Shown: piece by piece, positions 35,941-43,640 of the stretch
How the letters are laid out: each line of letters starts with the position of its first letter
Numbering within the stretch: the first letter of the stretch is position 1
IMG/VR virus record: IMGVR_UViG_3300038988_000505
Span: 1 to 43,640 of that record
DNA: 43,640 nt
Source: a virus
Taxonomy: Duplodnaviria > Caudoviricetes
Strand: one strand, 5' to 3'
Program-made: the position numbers and the translations under genes
The notes under the pieces: model-generated
What the model was told of the DNA's origin: nothing
What the model saw: the letters and a program-made list of their open reading frames with translations, nothing else
The model's database searches: none

Positions 35941-36017
35941 TGGGGTGAGTGATGGGGATCGAACCCACGACAGCCAGAGCCACAGTCTGGTGCTCTGCCA
36001 GCTGAGCTACACTCACC
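35941..36017 (-). tRNA. tRNA-His(GTG)
   Basis: G-1 plus GTGAGTGTAGCTCAG...CCAGACTGTGGCTCTGG...GGTTCGATCCC...CCA. Confidence 0.97.
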
Positions 36018-36043
36018 ACACATGCCCCGATAGGCGAAAGAAA

Positions 36044-36073
36044 ATTATACGAATTCCGCCATGCCGCGGTCAA
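36044..36073 (-). promoter_or_regulatory. sigma70 promoter of the tRNA cluster
   Basis: TTGACC-18 bp-TATAAT on the minus strand. Confidence 0.7.
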
Positions 36074-36346
36074 CGGCAAAATCCCCGTTCAGGCCCCCCC
36101 ATTAGCTAAAGTGTTAAAAAATATTGCAACCAAGACCCGAAATACTCCATGAAAACAAGCCTGAGTACGCGGATTAGTTAATTATTATGTTAATATTCGG
36201 CAATTTTTTAAGCCAATGACTTTTTGTTGGAAGTGATCCTCGCTGCGGGGGAAATGCATGATCCACTTGAGATGTGCATGTTCCCGAGTAGCATATCAAC
36301 ATCGCTTGTCGCAGCTGAGACGCAAAGCGACTTCTGGATATCAATA

Positions 36347-37831
36347 TTATTCCTTTGGCGGAACATATTCGATTCTCCAGACCAAGGGAGACAGCACGAA
36401 GGTTCCGCTTTCAGCAAGTGAGAACGGGTTTTTGATCTGCTGGATCTTCGGATTTTTCCCGGTGCACTCTGTAACCAGGAAAAGAGCATAACGCGATCGC
36501 AGTTCCTCGGCAGCCTGCCACTCCTGAGCGGTGACTTCCACAGAAGAGAACACCTTACCAGAGGATCCCTTCACTTCGACGGCGTGGAGAAGGCCGTCGA
36601 CATCGACAATCTCGATGTCCCAGCCGGGCTTTTCCCCTTCGCGGGAAACCCATCGAACGGACTGATATCCCTTCGTCGAAGCTACCGCTTGCAACAGTCG
36701 GAACACCACCTCTTCCGCACGATTGCCGATGATAGTGGAGTTTCTTGACCGGCGGTACTGTACAGGTGCTGTTCCCTTTTTCTGTCCCCCGGACAACTCG
36801 TTTGTTCGAGCTTTTGCCGCCGCCACGAGAAACGATGTCTCTGCCCTGCTCGGACGGACCTCGTTGATATCCGGCATCACGACAATTTGCGGGATGGGCT
36901 TTCCAAGCGTTTCCGTGGAGACGTGGTCTTGGAAATTTTCTTCTATCTCCTGAAGACTCTGGTCATTGCTCCCAACTTTCCCGGCATTCGGTGCGTCCAA
37001 TGCAACCGGAACGACTTCTTCGATCTCAGGCAACGAAAGCGCGGCCGCGGAATGTGTTTCTATCACGACGTCTTCGATTCCGAACTTACGAAGCAGCTTG
37101 TTAAACTCCCGAAGGTTTTCCTCGTATTCAGGGCCGATCCCGATCAACGGCGGCTCGGTAATCACCGGGTTTTGCTCATATCTTAGGATCCGGGCGAAGG
37201 TGTCCTTGGAGATATCCCGGACCAGCTCAAGCCAGTCCCGATCCTCGAGATCTCCCTCGATCGGGAATTTACCGTCCGTCCAGTAGACGATTCTCTCGAA
37301 GGGCCGGTAGTCCCGGATGGAGGCGGTGTACTTGCTTCCTGTGAATTTATTCTTCCCCCGACGATCCTTATCCACCTCTCCGATGATCCCGGTGCCGAAA
37401 TAGCCTCGCAGTTTTTCCCCGCCATCCCGTAGGGAGGTGCACTGGTAATAGACGAACGGGCGCCCGGGCTGCACCATGTCTTTGTAGCGTCTTGGAAACC
37501 GGAAGGTTTGACCGATGACGCATCCGAATTCCTTCCACACCGGGCAACCTACCGTAATGACCATCGGGATGTTCCGATAAAGTTCCGGGTCGATGTCCTC
37601 ATCCAGGATTTCTATGCCCATTTTCTCGAGATAGCGGATGAATCGGACCGCGCGCCGGTTGTCCTCTTGGAAATACAATTCCATGGCCGGGTGTGAAAGC
37701 GTTTTGTCCAACAGCGAAGGTTCGACCACCCCGCGGGCTTGGCACCGATCGACCAAGGCGCTGACGATTTTCCGGAATTTATCGCTGGGCCCAAGGAAAG
37801 GGGTGCCCGAGTTCGCTTTGTCCTTCGTCAC
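36347..37831 (-). CDS. EVE/PUA-like domain + DUF3883 (PD-(D/E)XK) protein; candidate modification-dependent nuclease
   Basis: PG.PFVYY...YFGTGIIG...Y.A.I.DY.PF; C-terminal G.RAEE.V...WVS...PGWDI...VEVKG. Confidence 0.7.
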   Translation of the reverse strand: MTKDKANSGTPFLGPSDKFRKIVSALVDRCQARGVVEPSLLDKTLSHPAMELYFQEDNRRAVRFIRYLEKMGIEILDEDIDPELYRNIPMVITVGCPVWKEFGCVIGQTFRFPRRYKDMVQPGRPFVYYQCTSLRDGGEKLRGYFGTGIIGEVDKDRRGKNKFTGSKYTASIRDYRPFERIVYWTDGKFPIEGDLEDRDWLELVRDISKDTFARILRYEQNPVITEPPLIGIGPEYEENLREFNKLLRKFGIEDVVIETHSAAALSLPEIEEVVPVALDAPNAGKVGSNDQSLQEIEENFQDHVSTETLGKPIPQIVVMPDINEVRPSRAETSFLVAAAKARTNELSGGQKKGTAPVQYRRSRNSTIIGNRAEEVVFRLLQAVASTKGYQSVRWVSREGEKPGWDIEIVDVDGLLHAVEVKGSSGKVFSSVEVTAQEWQAAEELRSRYALFLVTECTGKNPKIQQIKNPFSLAESGTFVLSPLVWRIEYVPPKE

Positions 37832-37937
37832 GGTTTCCTCCCCAATAAAAGCTCAGAGGAGTCACCAATCCTTGCAGGAAAGAGCCTTCGCGCGAGTACT
37901 GACATATCTCCCTCCTGGAGAGGGAAGAAAGGGTTTC

Positions 37938-38237
37938 CTATTTTACGTTAGCGGCTCTCGTCGCGCCTCTGGGGCCGGGGGATCCGATGAATCTCCGGAC
38001 CAGGACATGCGTGACCACGGTTCTTCCACTCTTCGTCTGAACGCTGTCGTCCCAACTGTCCGCGATCACCGTCTTGACTTCTTCATAGAAACACTTTTTG
38101 TATGCATTGTAGTCGACGCCGTGGGAGCCTTCCACGTGCGCCTTCAACGCGCCGCCTTTCCCACAGTTCAAGCCGCAGATGTTACACATGGAGCCTTTGC
38201 CTTTTCTTACGGCCCCCTTTTTCCGATAAGGCATCAC
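37938..38237 (-). CDS. small C2H2-type zinc-finger protein
   Basis: CNIC...LKAHVEGSH; 4-nt overlap with upstream gene. Confidence 0.6.
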   Translation of the reverse strand: MMPYRKKGAVRKGKGSMCNICGLNCGKGGALKAHVEGSHGVDYNAYKKCFYEEVKTVIADSWDDSVQTKSGRTVVTHVLVRRFIGSPGPRGATRAANVK

Positions 38238-39442
38238 GGTCTCCCTTCTGCTGGTCTATCATCTGTCTGGAACGGCTCGATCGCTCTGAAAACGCCCGTC
38301 TTGGACATGCTTCTCCGGAAATCGAAACGGGACAGCGACTCCACGACGTCTATATGCGCCAGGTTGTCGAAATCGATGGTCGACCACCCGTCTCGAGCGA
38401 CGCGAACGGAATACAGATATTCATTGATCTCTTTGCCCGTGGCCGAATCCGGACGTTGCGAAAACGCAGACAGCACGACTTCTTTTGCGTTGGGCAGCAC
38501 CGCGAAAACCTCCCCGATGATCCGGAAGCCGATTCCATGCACATGGCGCATGTACAGCTTCTGGACCTGGACAGAGGACATCTCTTTCACGGAGAGCCTG
38601 TATCCGCGCTGCGGGGCGTTGGCGATCTTGTTTGGCATCTCATCGATTTCCGGAAGATCTACATCAACAAAGACCCGCCTTCCTCCGTCCAGAACCTCTG
38701 AGGACACAAGAGTCTCCCGTGGCCAGACGATCTCCTGGAGGTTCTCCTCAAGGAAATCCTCCATGACGGAGACGTCGGTGCGGATTCCCACCTCGATCCG
38801 ATGCCTTCTCTTTTGCTCCTCCTCCAGGAAGCGAGTCTTTTGTGCTTCCCAGCATTTCATCTCCGCTTCGTACTGCGCTTTCCGGTCCTGATTTTCCTTC
38901 TCAATTTTTTCCTTTCTCGATTTGAACAGCTTATCCCAGAATCCCGGTTGTTTCGGGGAAGGGAGATACGGGATGGGCTCTTTGAACACCTGCTCGACAT
39001 ATGAGGGAACGACACGGGGGTTTGGCGTGCCGCAATGGATCTCCCCAAGAGACTGGATCTTATCGTTTATCTCCTTGCATTTGCCCTCGATTAACCCACG
39101 GATGGCGGTAGACTGCTGTTTTTTCGCGGCGGCGATCAGCTTCTCCGACAGCGGATTGCCTTCCGAGTCCAGGAAGGATACAACTCCGTCGTCGCTGACG
39201 CTCACCGTGATCGCAACGGTCACCTTTCCGGAAGAAGACCCGCTGCCGGACGCCCGAGGTCCTCCGATGCGCTCCCGGGAATAGATTCCTGTCCCGGGGA
39301 TCCCCGTGTTCAGGTATGTACCCCTCTTCCCGAACGTGACAGAAGCGCCGCGTGGACCGAGGGAACAGCTGAGGCCGCTGCCGGAGAAGTTCAACCGGAC
39401 GCCGGGAGCAAGCCTTATCGACCGCCGAAAGCGAAGGCCCAT
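38234..39442 (-). CDS. DUF4236-domain protein
   Basis: N-terminal MGLRFRRSIRLAPGVRLNFS.SG.S.S.G..G...T...RG......IPGTG.Y. Confidence 0.85.
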   Translation of the reverse strand: MGLRFRRSIRLAPGVRLNFSGSGLSCSLGPRGASVTFGKRGTYLNTGIPGTGIYSRERIGGPRASGSGSSSGKVTVAITVSVSDDGVVSFLDSEGNPLSEKLIAAAKKQQSTAIRGLIEGKCKEINDKIQSLGEIHCGTPNPRVVPSYVEQVFKEPIPYLPSPKQPGFWDKLFKSRKEKIEKENQDRKAQYEAEMKCWEAQKTRFLEEEQKRRHRIEVGIRTDVSVMEDFLEENLQEIVWPRETLVSSEVLDGGRRVFVDVDLPEIDEMPNKIANAPQRGYRLSVKEMSSVQVQKLYMRHVHGIGFRIIGEVFAVLPNAKEVVLSAFSQRPDSATGKEINEYLYSVRVARDGWSTIDFDNLAHIDVVESLSRFDFRRSMSKTGVFRAIEPFQTDDRPAEGRP

Positions 39443-39454
39443 CGTTCCTCCTAG

Positions 39455-40252
39455 TCAGCTTTTCGCAGTCTGCTTTTCTACGAGGGTTTTCAGTGTTTCA
39501 ATGGATTCTCGCAACTCGGTTATCTCGGATTTCTCCCTTGGCTCCTCGACAGGACTTGCTGGTCGGATGAACCAGGCAGCCACATAACCGGAGAATGTAC
39601 CGAACATCCCCACGCCTGCGGACATCAGCACGGCGGCTATGATCCTTCCTTCGGAAGTCACCGGAAACCGGTCGCCGTATCCCACAGTGGTGATTGTGAC
39701 AAAAGCCCACCAGATGGCATCCTCGGCGGTCTTGATATTTCCGTTCGAATCGTTTTCGAAATGGAGAATGGCGATGCTGCAGAATACAGTCAACAGAAGC
39801 GCCACGAGGCTCATAGCCAGAAAGGTGTTTTCCGCTCGGCGCCGCAAGATCAGCGTGGTGAGTTGCTTTGTCGCCCGCAGACCGCGGAGAACTCGGAATA
39901 CCCGAAGGATACGGGCTGCCCTTCCCAGCCGCGCAATCCCGATCGCCGGAATGGAAGAGATCAAATCCAACCAACCCCAGGTTTTGATATACCCCCAGCG
40001 GTTGGGCGCGCGCCAGAGACTGTACAGAAAGTCCCCGAAAAAGAGAATGCACACGACGAAGTCGGCATAGTCCAGAATCCCGTTGATCCCGGGATTTATG
40101 CGAAGGAGGGATTGGATCAGCAGGACGAATATAGCGTAGAGACTCAGGACCAATGTAAAAAGCTGATAACCAGCATTTTCAGACTCAAAGGAATCGTCAC
40201 GAATGATGGTCATCAGGCCTCCATCTCCGAGGATTATTGGCTGATTTTCCAC
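39455..40252 (-). CDS. 6TM voltage-gated-type potassium channel
   Basis: S4-like RxxRxxRxxR and selectivity filter TITTVGYGD. Confidence 0.92.
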   Translation of the reverse strand: MENQPIILGDGGLMTIIRDDSFESENAGYQLFTLVLSLYAIFVLLIQSLLRINPGINGILDYADFVVCILFFGDFLYSLWRAPNRWGYIKTWGWLDLISSIPAIGIARLGRAARILRVFRVLRGLRATKQLTTLILRRRAENTFLAMSLVALLLTVFCSIAILHFENDSNGNIKTAEDAIWWAFVTITTVGYGDRFPVTSEGRIIAAVLMSAGVGMFGTFSGYVAAWFIRPASPVEEPREKSEITELRESIETLKTLVEKQTAKS

Positions 40253-40326
40253 CCAAAGAGTAAACTAGTTATTTCGTTCTCACGCGTATCCCACTAGTCG
40301 ATCCTCCTTATTCCCTTAAGACCTGT

Positions 40327-41457
40327 TTATTCCGCGATACCCCGCCATTTGTTTCCTTCTTCGATCATGTTAACGTCAGGCCAATTATCCCTGTCTTTTG
40401 GCATATATTTCTTCAAGATCCCATTATCTATCAATGTATAGGACAGAACCATTTCAGCCTCGCCAACCCATTTTCGATAGCGGAGATAACCAGATCTTTT
40501 GCCGTTTTTCTTAAGCCGTAATGTTCCATCTTTCTCGTAAGCAAAATATATCAGACCATCGTCAAGCGCCGCGTGAAACGTCGGGGAAAGAGATATACCA
40601 TTCGATACGCTATCGTTTTTCACTCCAGATGCCACCGGCATGATATGGGCCGCCACAGGAAGCTCTAGCTGCAGTCCGGTGATGGCACACTTATACTCGT
40701 AGGCTTTTAAGACTCTTCTGGAAAAGGAAGAATCGCGTACCCAAACGTAGATCGTGCGAACCATCTTCGCACGCTTCTCTGAAAGAGAGTGAATTTCCTC
40801 CTCTGTCAATGCCGCCGCTGTCGTCGACAAATACATCGCCTCAACGGTGTTGACGTCGGTATAAGAAAACCATGACGATGTTGAACCCGTAAAGTGCAGA
40901 AAATGCTCCGGAGTAAATGCGACGAGAATTTGCGTGTCCCCCCCTGCGTTCCTTTTCGATGTTTTTGCCTTCGTTTTTTCCCAACGAATATCTTCCGAGC
41001 TTTCTTTCTCTGACTTCTTACGGAACTCCATTGGGTGGCATAGGTTTCCATCTCCCGTCTTAACACCAAAAGCAATTCCATTTACTTGGGCTTCGTCTAC
41101 TAGCCATCCGGGAATTCTTATTTTTTCCGCATTTCCACCATTTTTTATCAATCGTTCCAAATTTATTCCGATAAACACATCTTTCATACACTCATACCCG
41201 ATCAGCACGGTCGGGCCGTTGTCATTCAGATCTGAATGGGAAAAGGATCCCTTGGGTGGAATAAAGAAGTAATCAGTGCCATGGCTATCATCCACGAGAT
41301 ACGTTTGGAAAACACGAATGTGGATCGTCTTCCCATTTTCTACAGCTATAAAATCGTCCGAATGAAAATTTTCGGATGGGACAACGAGTGCAATGGCTCC
41401 GCTCCTACGAATAGCGCGGAAGATATCTTCTTTGACACTTGGGCCGGTCCAATCCAC
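40327..41457 (-). CDS. HNH endonuclease with large N-terminal domain (putative restriction enzyme)
   Basis: RDSSF...VLKAY...CAITG...AAHIMPV...NGISL.PTFHAALDDGLI; low GC. Confidence 0.8.
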   Translation of the reverse strand: MDWTGPSVKEDIFRAIRRSGAIALVVPSENFHSDDFIAVENGKTIHIRVFQTYLVDDSHGTDYFFIPPKGSFSHSDLNDNGPTVLIGYECMKDVFIGINLERLIKNGGNAEKIRIPGWLVDEAQVNGIAFGVKTGDGNLCHPMEFRKKSEKESSEDIRWEKTKAKTSKRNAGGDTQILVAFTPEHFLHFTGSTSSWFSYTDVNTVEAMYLSTTAAALTEEEIHSLSEKRAKMVRTIYVWVRDSSFSRRVLKAYEYKCAITGLQLELPVAAHIMPVASGVKNDSVSNGISLSPTFHAALDDGLIYFAYEKDGTLRLKKNGKRSGYLRYRKWVGEAEMVLSYTLIDNGILKKYMPKDRDNWPDVNMIEEGNKWRGIAE

Positions 41458-41965
41458 CGTTATTCCCTCCCTAGGGAATATTTTTTAAGAACACAGGTTA
41501 GTGGGGCGTTTTGATCATGCGACATGAGGGTAACTGGTAATATTGATGCCAACAAGCTATTCCCTTGGGCCATGTGGGATGGGAATAATTCTACCAGCAA
41601 CCTATAAATTCATAGTGAGATAACGCCTCGACTATCCGATGTATCTTTTCGATAGATCAATCTCTTTGCCGCTTCGGGAAAATATATTCTCAATGAAAGC
41701 CATTCGGATTAAGTTCACAGGAATATTTTGAGATGAAATATTCTCCGGGAAATCGATGCCCATGTTGTTTGGAGTTCAGGATGGAGTTTCTTGGAAAACA
41801 TATTTCCCGCATCCCTTGCTCCTATCTCCTGTATTCATTGTATTTTTTGGCATGATACCTTTTAGGAACAGCTTTTCGTCACATAGACCGGACGGTTCAG
41901 CATAACCTCGCGGTTACCTGGTTCTTCTTGAAGACCGGTATGGTCAATTTGCATGCCGATCACCA

Positions 41966-42475
41966 ATGGAGGGATGGGCGGCCAATATGGACAACAGGAA
42001 TAGCGGACTGATTTGGTTATTGTTCCTCGCCGCTGCGATAGTCGCCGTCTGGTTGTTCGTTCCCCTTTCGTTCTCGAGCGAGACCACCGTCTACACCGTG
42101 GGAATTAATACCGTCGACCGGAAGGTTACTCTGCCGTTGCCAACAACATACAAGGCTGTCCAATCCCAACAATTGGTCTTGTATTGGATTGACGGAGTCA
42201 CACCGCCGTTGAAGTTGATCGATTGCGTGGTACGAGATGCGGAGAACTGGACCGCGTGGTACCCTGACCGATCAGGACAGCTTTCGATGCTCGACGGAAA
42301 ACTATCACTCTATGCCGCACCTGGGAGTGCTGTTAAGGAACTGCAAATCAGAAAGCACGAATACTGGTGGTTAAAGATTGCCGATCCCAATATCACTTCT
42401 GAAGTCTCAAAATTGATGATCTCTTACTCGCATATCGTCTTCGACCCAAAGCTCGGACAGAGGACGCTACAGTGA
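41966..42475 (+). CDS. hypothetical protein with N-terminal TM anchor
   Basis: LIWLLFLAAAIVAVWLFV; start may be the second ATG. Confidence 0.55.
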   Translation: MEGWAANMDNRNSGLIWLLFLAAAIVAVWLFVPLSFSSETTVYTVGINTVDRKVTLPLPTTYKAVQSQQLVLYWIDGVTPPLKLIDCVVRDAENWTAWYPDRSGQLSMLDGKLSLYAAPGSAVKELQIRKHEYWWLKIADPNITSEVSKLMISYSHIVFDPKLGQRTLQ

Positions 42476-42689
42476 GCGGCACATATCCCGTGGCGACAGG
42501 AGTGAAAGATGATCGCCGCTGGCCTGGGAGAAATGACTGGCAAGGTGCTCTGCCTTTTCTTGATGTCGGTCGTTTTTTTGATCATCACAATGGCCACCCC
42601 ATCGAACACTGTCAAAGAACTGAACTTGGCTGTCCCATAGACCTTCTCCCGTTCGAGTTGGGAATGCTTCTGCCATCCTGGAGATACTC

Positions 42690-43640
42690 ATGAACCTGTT
42701 GAATAACGCCATCGAGTCCATCCGCCTCGGCATCGAGGATTACCGTAAGGGAGACCGTCCACGCTTCCTTGCATCAGTGCGGAACCTTCATGCTGGCGTC
42801 CTGCTGCTGTACAAGGAGGCCCTCCGACGATTATCGCCGACGGGGAGCAATGACGTTCTCGTGATGGCGAAGATCGTACCGAAACGGGATGTGGGTGGTG
42901 CCGTCACGTTCGTGGGTACAGGAAAGACAACGGTCGATTACGCGCAGATTCGTGAGCGGTTCGAAGGGCTTGGCATTGCAACAGATTGGACTCGTTTCAA
43001 GATTCTAAACGATACCCGCAACGACATCGAACACCGCTATACGACCGCCACGCAGAAAACACTGGAAGGGGTCGTCGCGAACACATTCATCTTGGTTCGC
43101 GATTTCATTACGACACAACTTAAGGACGATCCCCGCGAACTCTTGGGAGATGATACTTGGCGAACGATGCTGGAGGTTAACGACGTATATGCAGCGGAGC
43201 GCACGGAGTGCGAGAAGCTTTTGAAAGCCGTTAACTGGGAGTCGGACGCATTGGCTGAAGGTGTCCTCCAGATAGCCTGCCTGGATTGCGGATCGCAACT
43301 GTTGCGGCCGGAACCTCCTTCTCTGTCACGTGAGGACGTCGAACTCCAGTGCCGAGCTTGCGGGAAAGTCTATGACGCCGAAAAGTTCGTTCCCCAGGCG
43401 ATCGAGGCGGCGTTGGATTGGGACGCGTATTTGTCTGTTAAGGACGGCGACGAACCTCCTTATGTAGAGTGTCCCGAATGCGCAGCGTTGGCATACGTTA
43501 TTTACGAGAAGCGATGTGCACTCTGCGGCCACGAGGCAGAGCACATATGCCTTCTATGTGAAAACGAGATCCCGGCATGCGAACTAGATTCCTCCCCATA
43601 TTGCGGATACTGTGCTCACAAATTATCGAAGGACGACTGA
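42690..43640 (+). CDS. HEPN-like protein with C-terminal zinc ribbons
   Basis: Helical N-domain with RNDIEH (R-x4-H); six CxxC pairs in the C-terminus; GGAG SD. Confidence 0.6.
   Translation: MNLLNNAIESIRLGIEDYRKGDRPRFLASVRNLHAGVLLLYKEALRRLSPTGSNDVLVMAKIVPKRDVGGAVTFVGTGKTTVDYAQIRERFEGLGIATDWTRFKILNDTRNDIEHRYTTATQKTLEGVVANTFILVRDFITTQLKDDPRELLGDDTWRTMLEVNDVYAAERTECEKLLKAVNWESDALAEGVLQIACLDCGSQLLRPEPPSLSREDVELQCRACGKVYDAEKFVPQAIEAALDWDAYLSVKDGDEPPYVECPECAALAYVIYEKRCALCGHEAEHICLLCENEIPACELDSSPYCGYCAHKLSKDD

Noticed and set aside
35717-36109. ORFs overlapping the tRNA cluster
   Set aside because: Translations of tRNA genes, not proteins
41460-41960. AT-rich gap as an ncRNA or gene
   Set aside because: Only short broken reading frames (up to about 43 aa) and no clear structure; probably a decayed gene or promoter region

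Overview
Positions 1-35575 are most of a GC-rich Mu-like (transposable) prophage. The left end and repressor lie outside the window. Gene order is MuA, MuB, Gam, GemA-like and Mor/C regulators, a lysis cassette, Mu-type head genes, and a lambda-type non-contractile tail (tube, frameshifting chaperone, tape measure, M-L-K-I-J). Where Mu carries its Gin/G-inversion and mom module, this phage carries a diversity-generating retroelement (DGR). The DGR has a target gene with VR 33204-33319, avd, TR 33782-33897 (15 mismatches to VR, all at TR adenines) and a reverse transcriptase interrupted by one in-frame TGA at 34171. The head module also holds a MuF fused to a PBECR-like nuclease, a convergent sigma70 promoter with a structured small RNA candidate, and an Acb2/Tad1-like anti-defence gene. 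The prophage ends in ...CAACA at 35575, just past the terminator of a host tRNA His-Arg-Lys cluster. From about 36.1 kb to the window end is a lower-GC accessory, defence-like island: EVE-like/DUF3883 nuclease, zinc-finger protein, DUF4236 protein, K+ channel, HNH nuclease and a HEPN-like zinc-ribbon protein. All family assignments come from motif recognition and synteny, not database searches.
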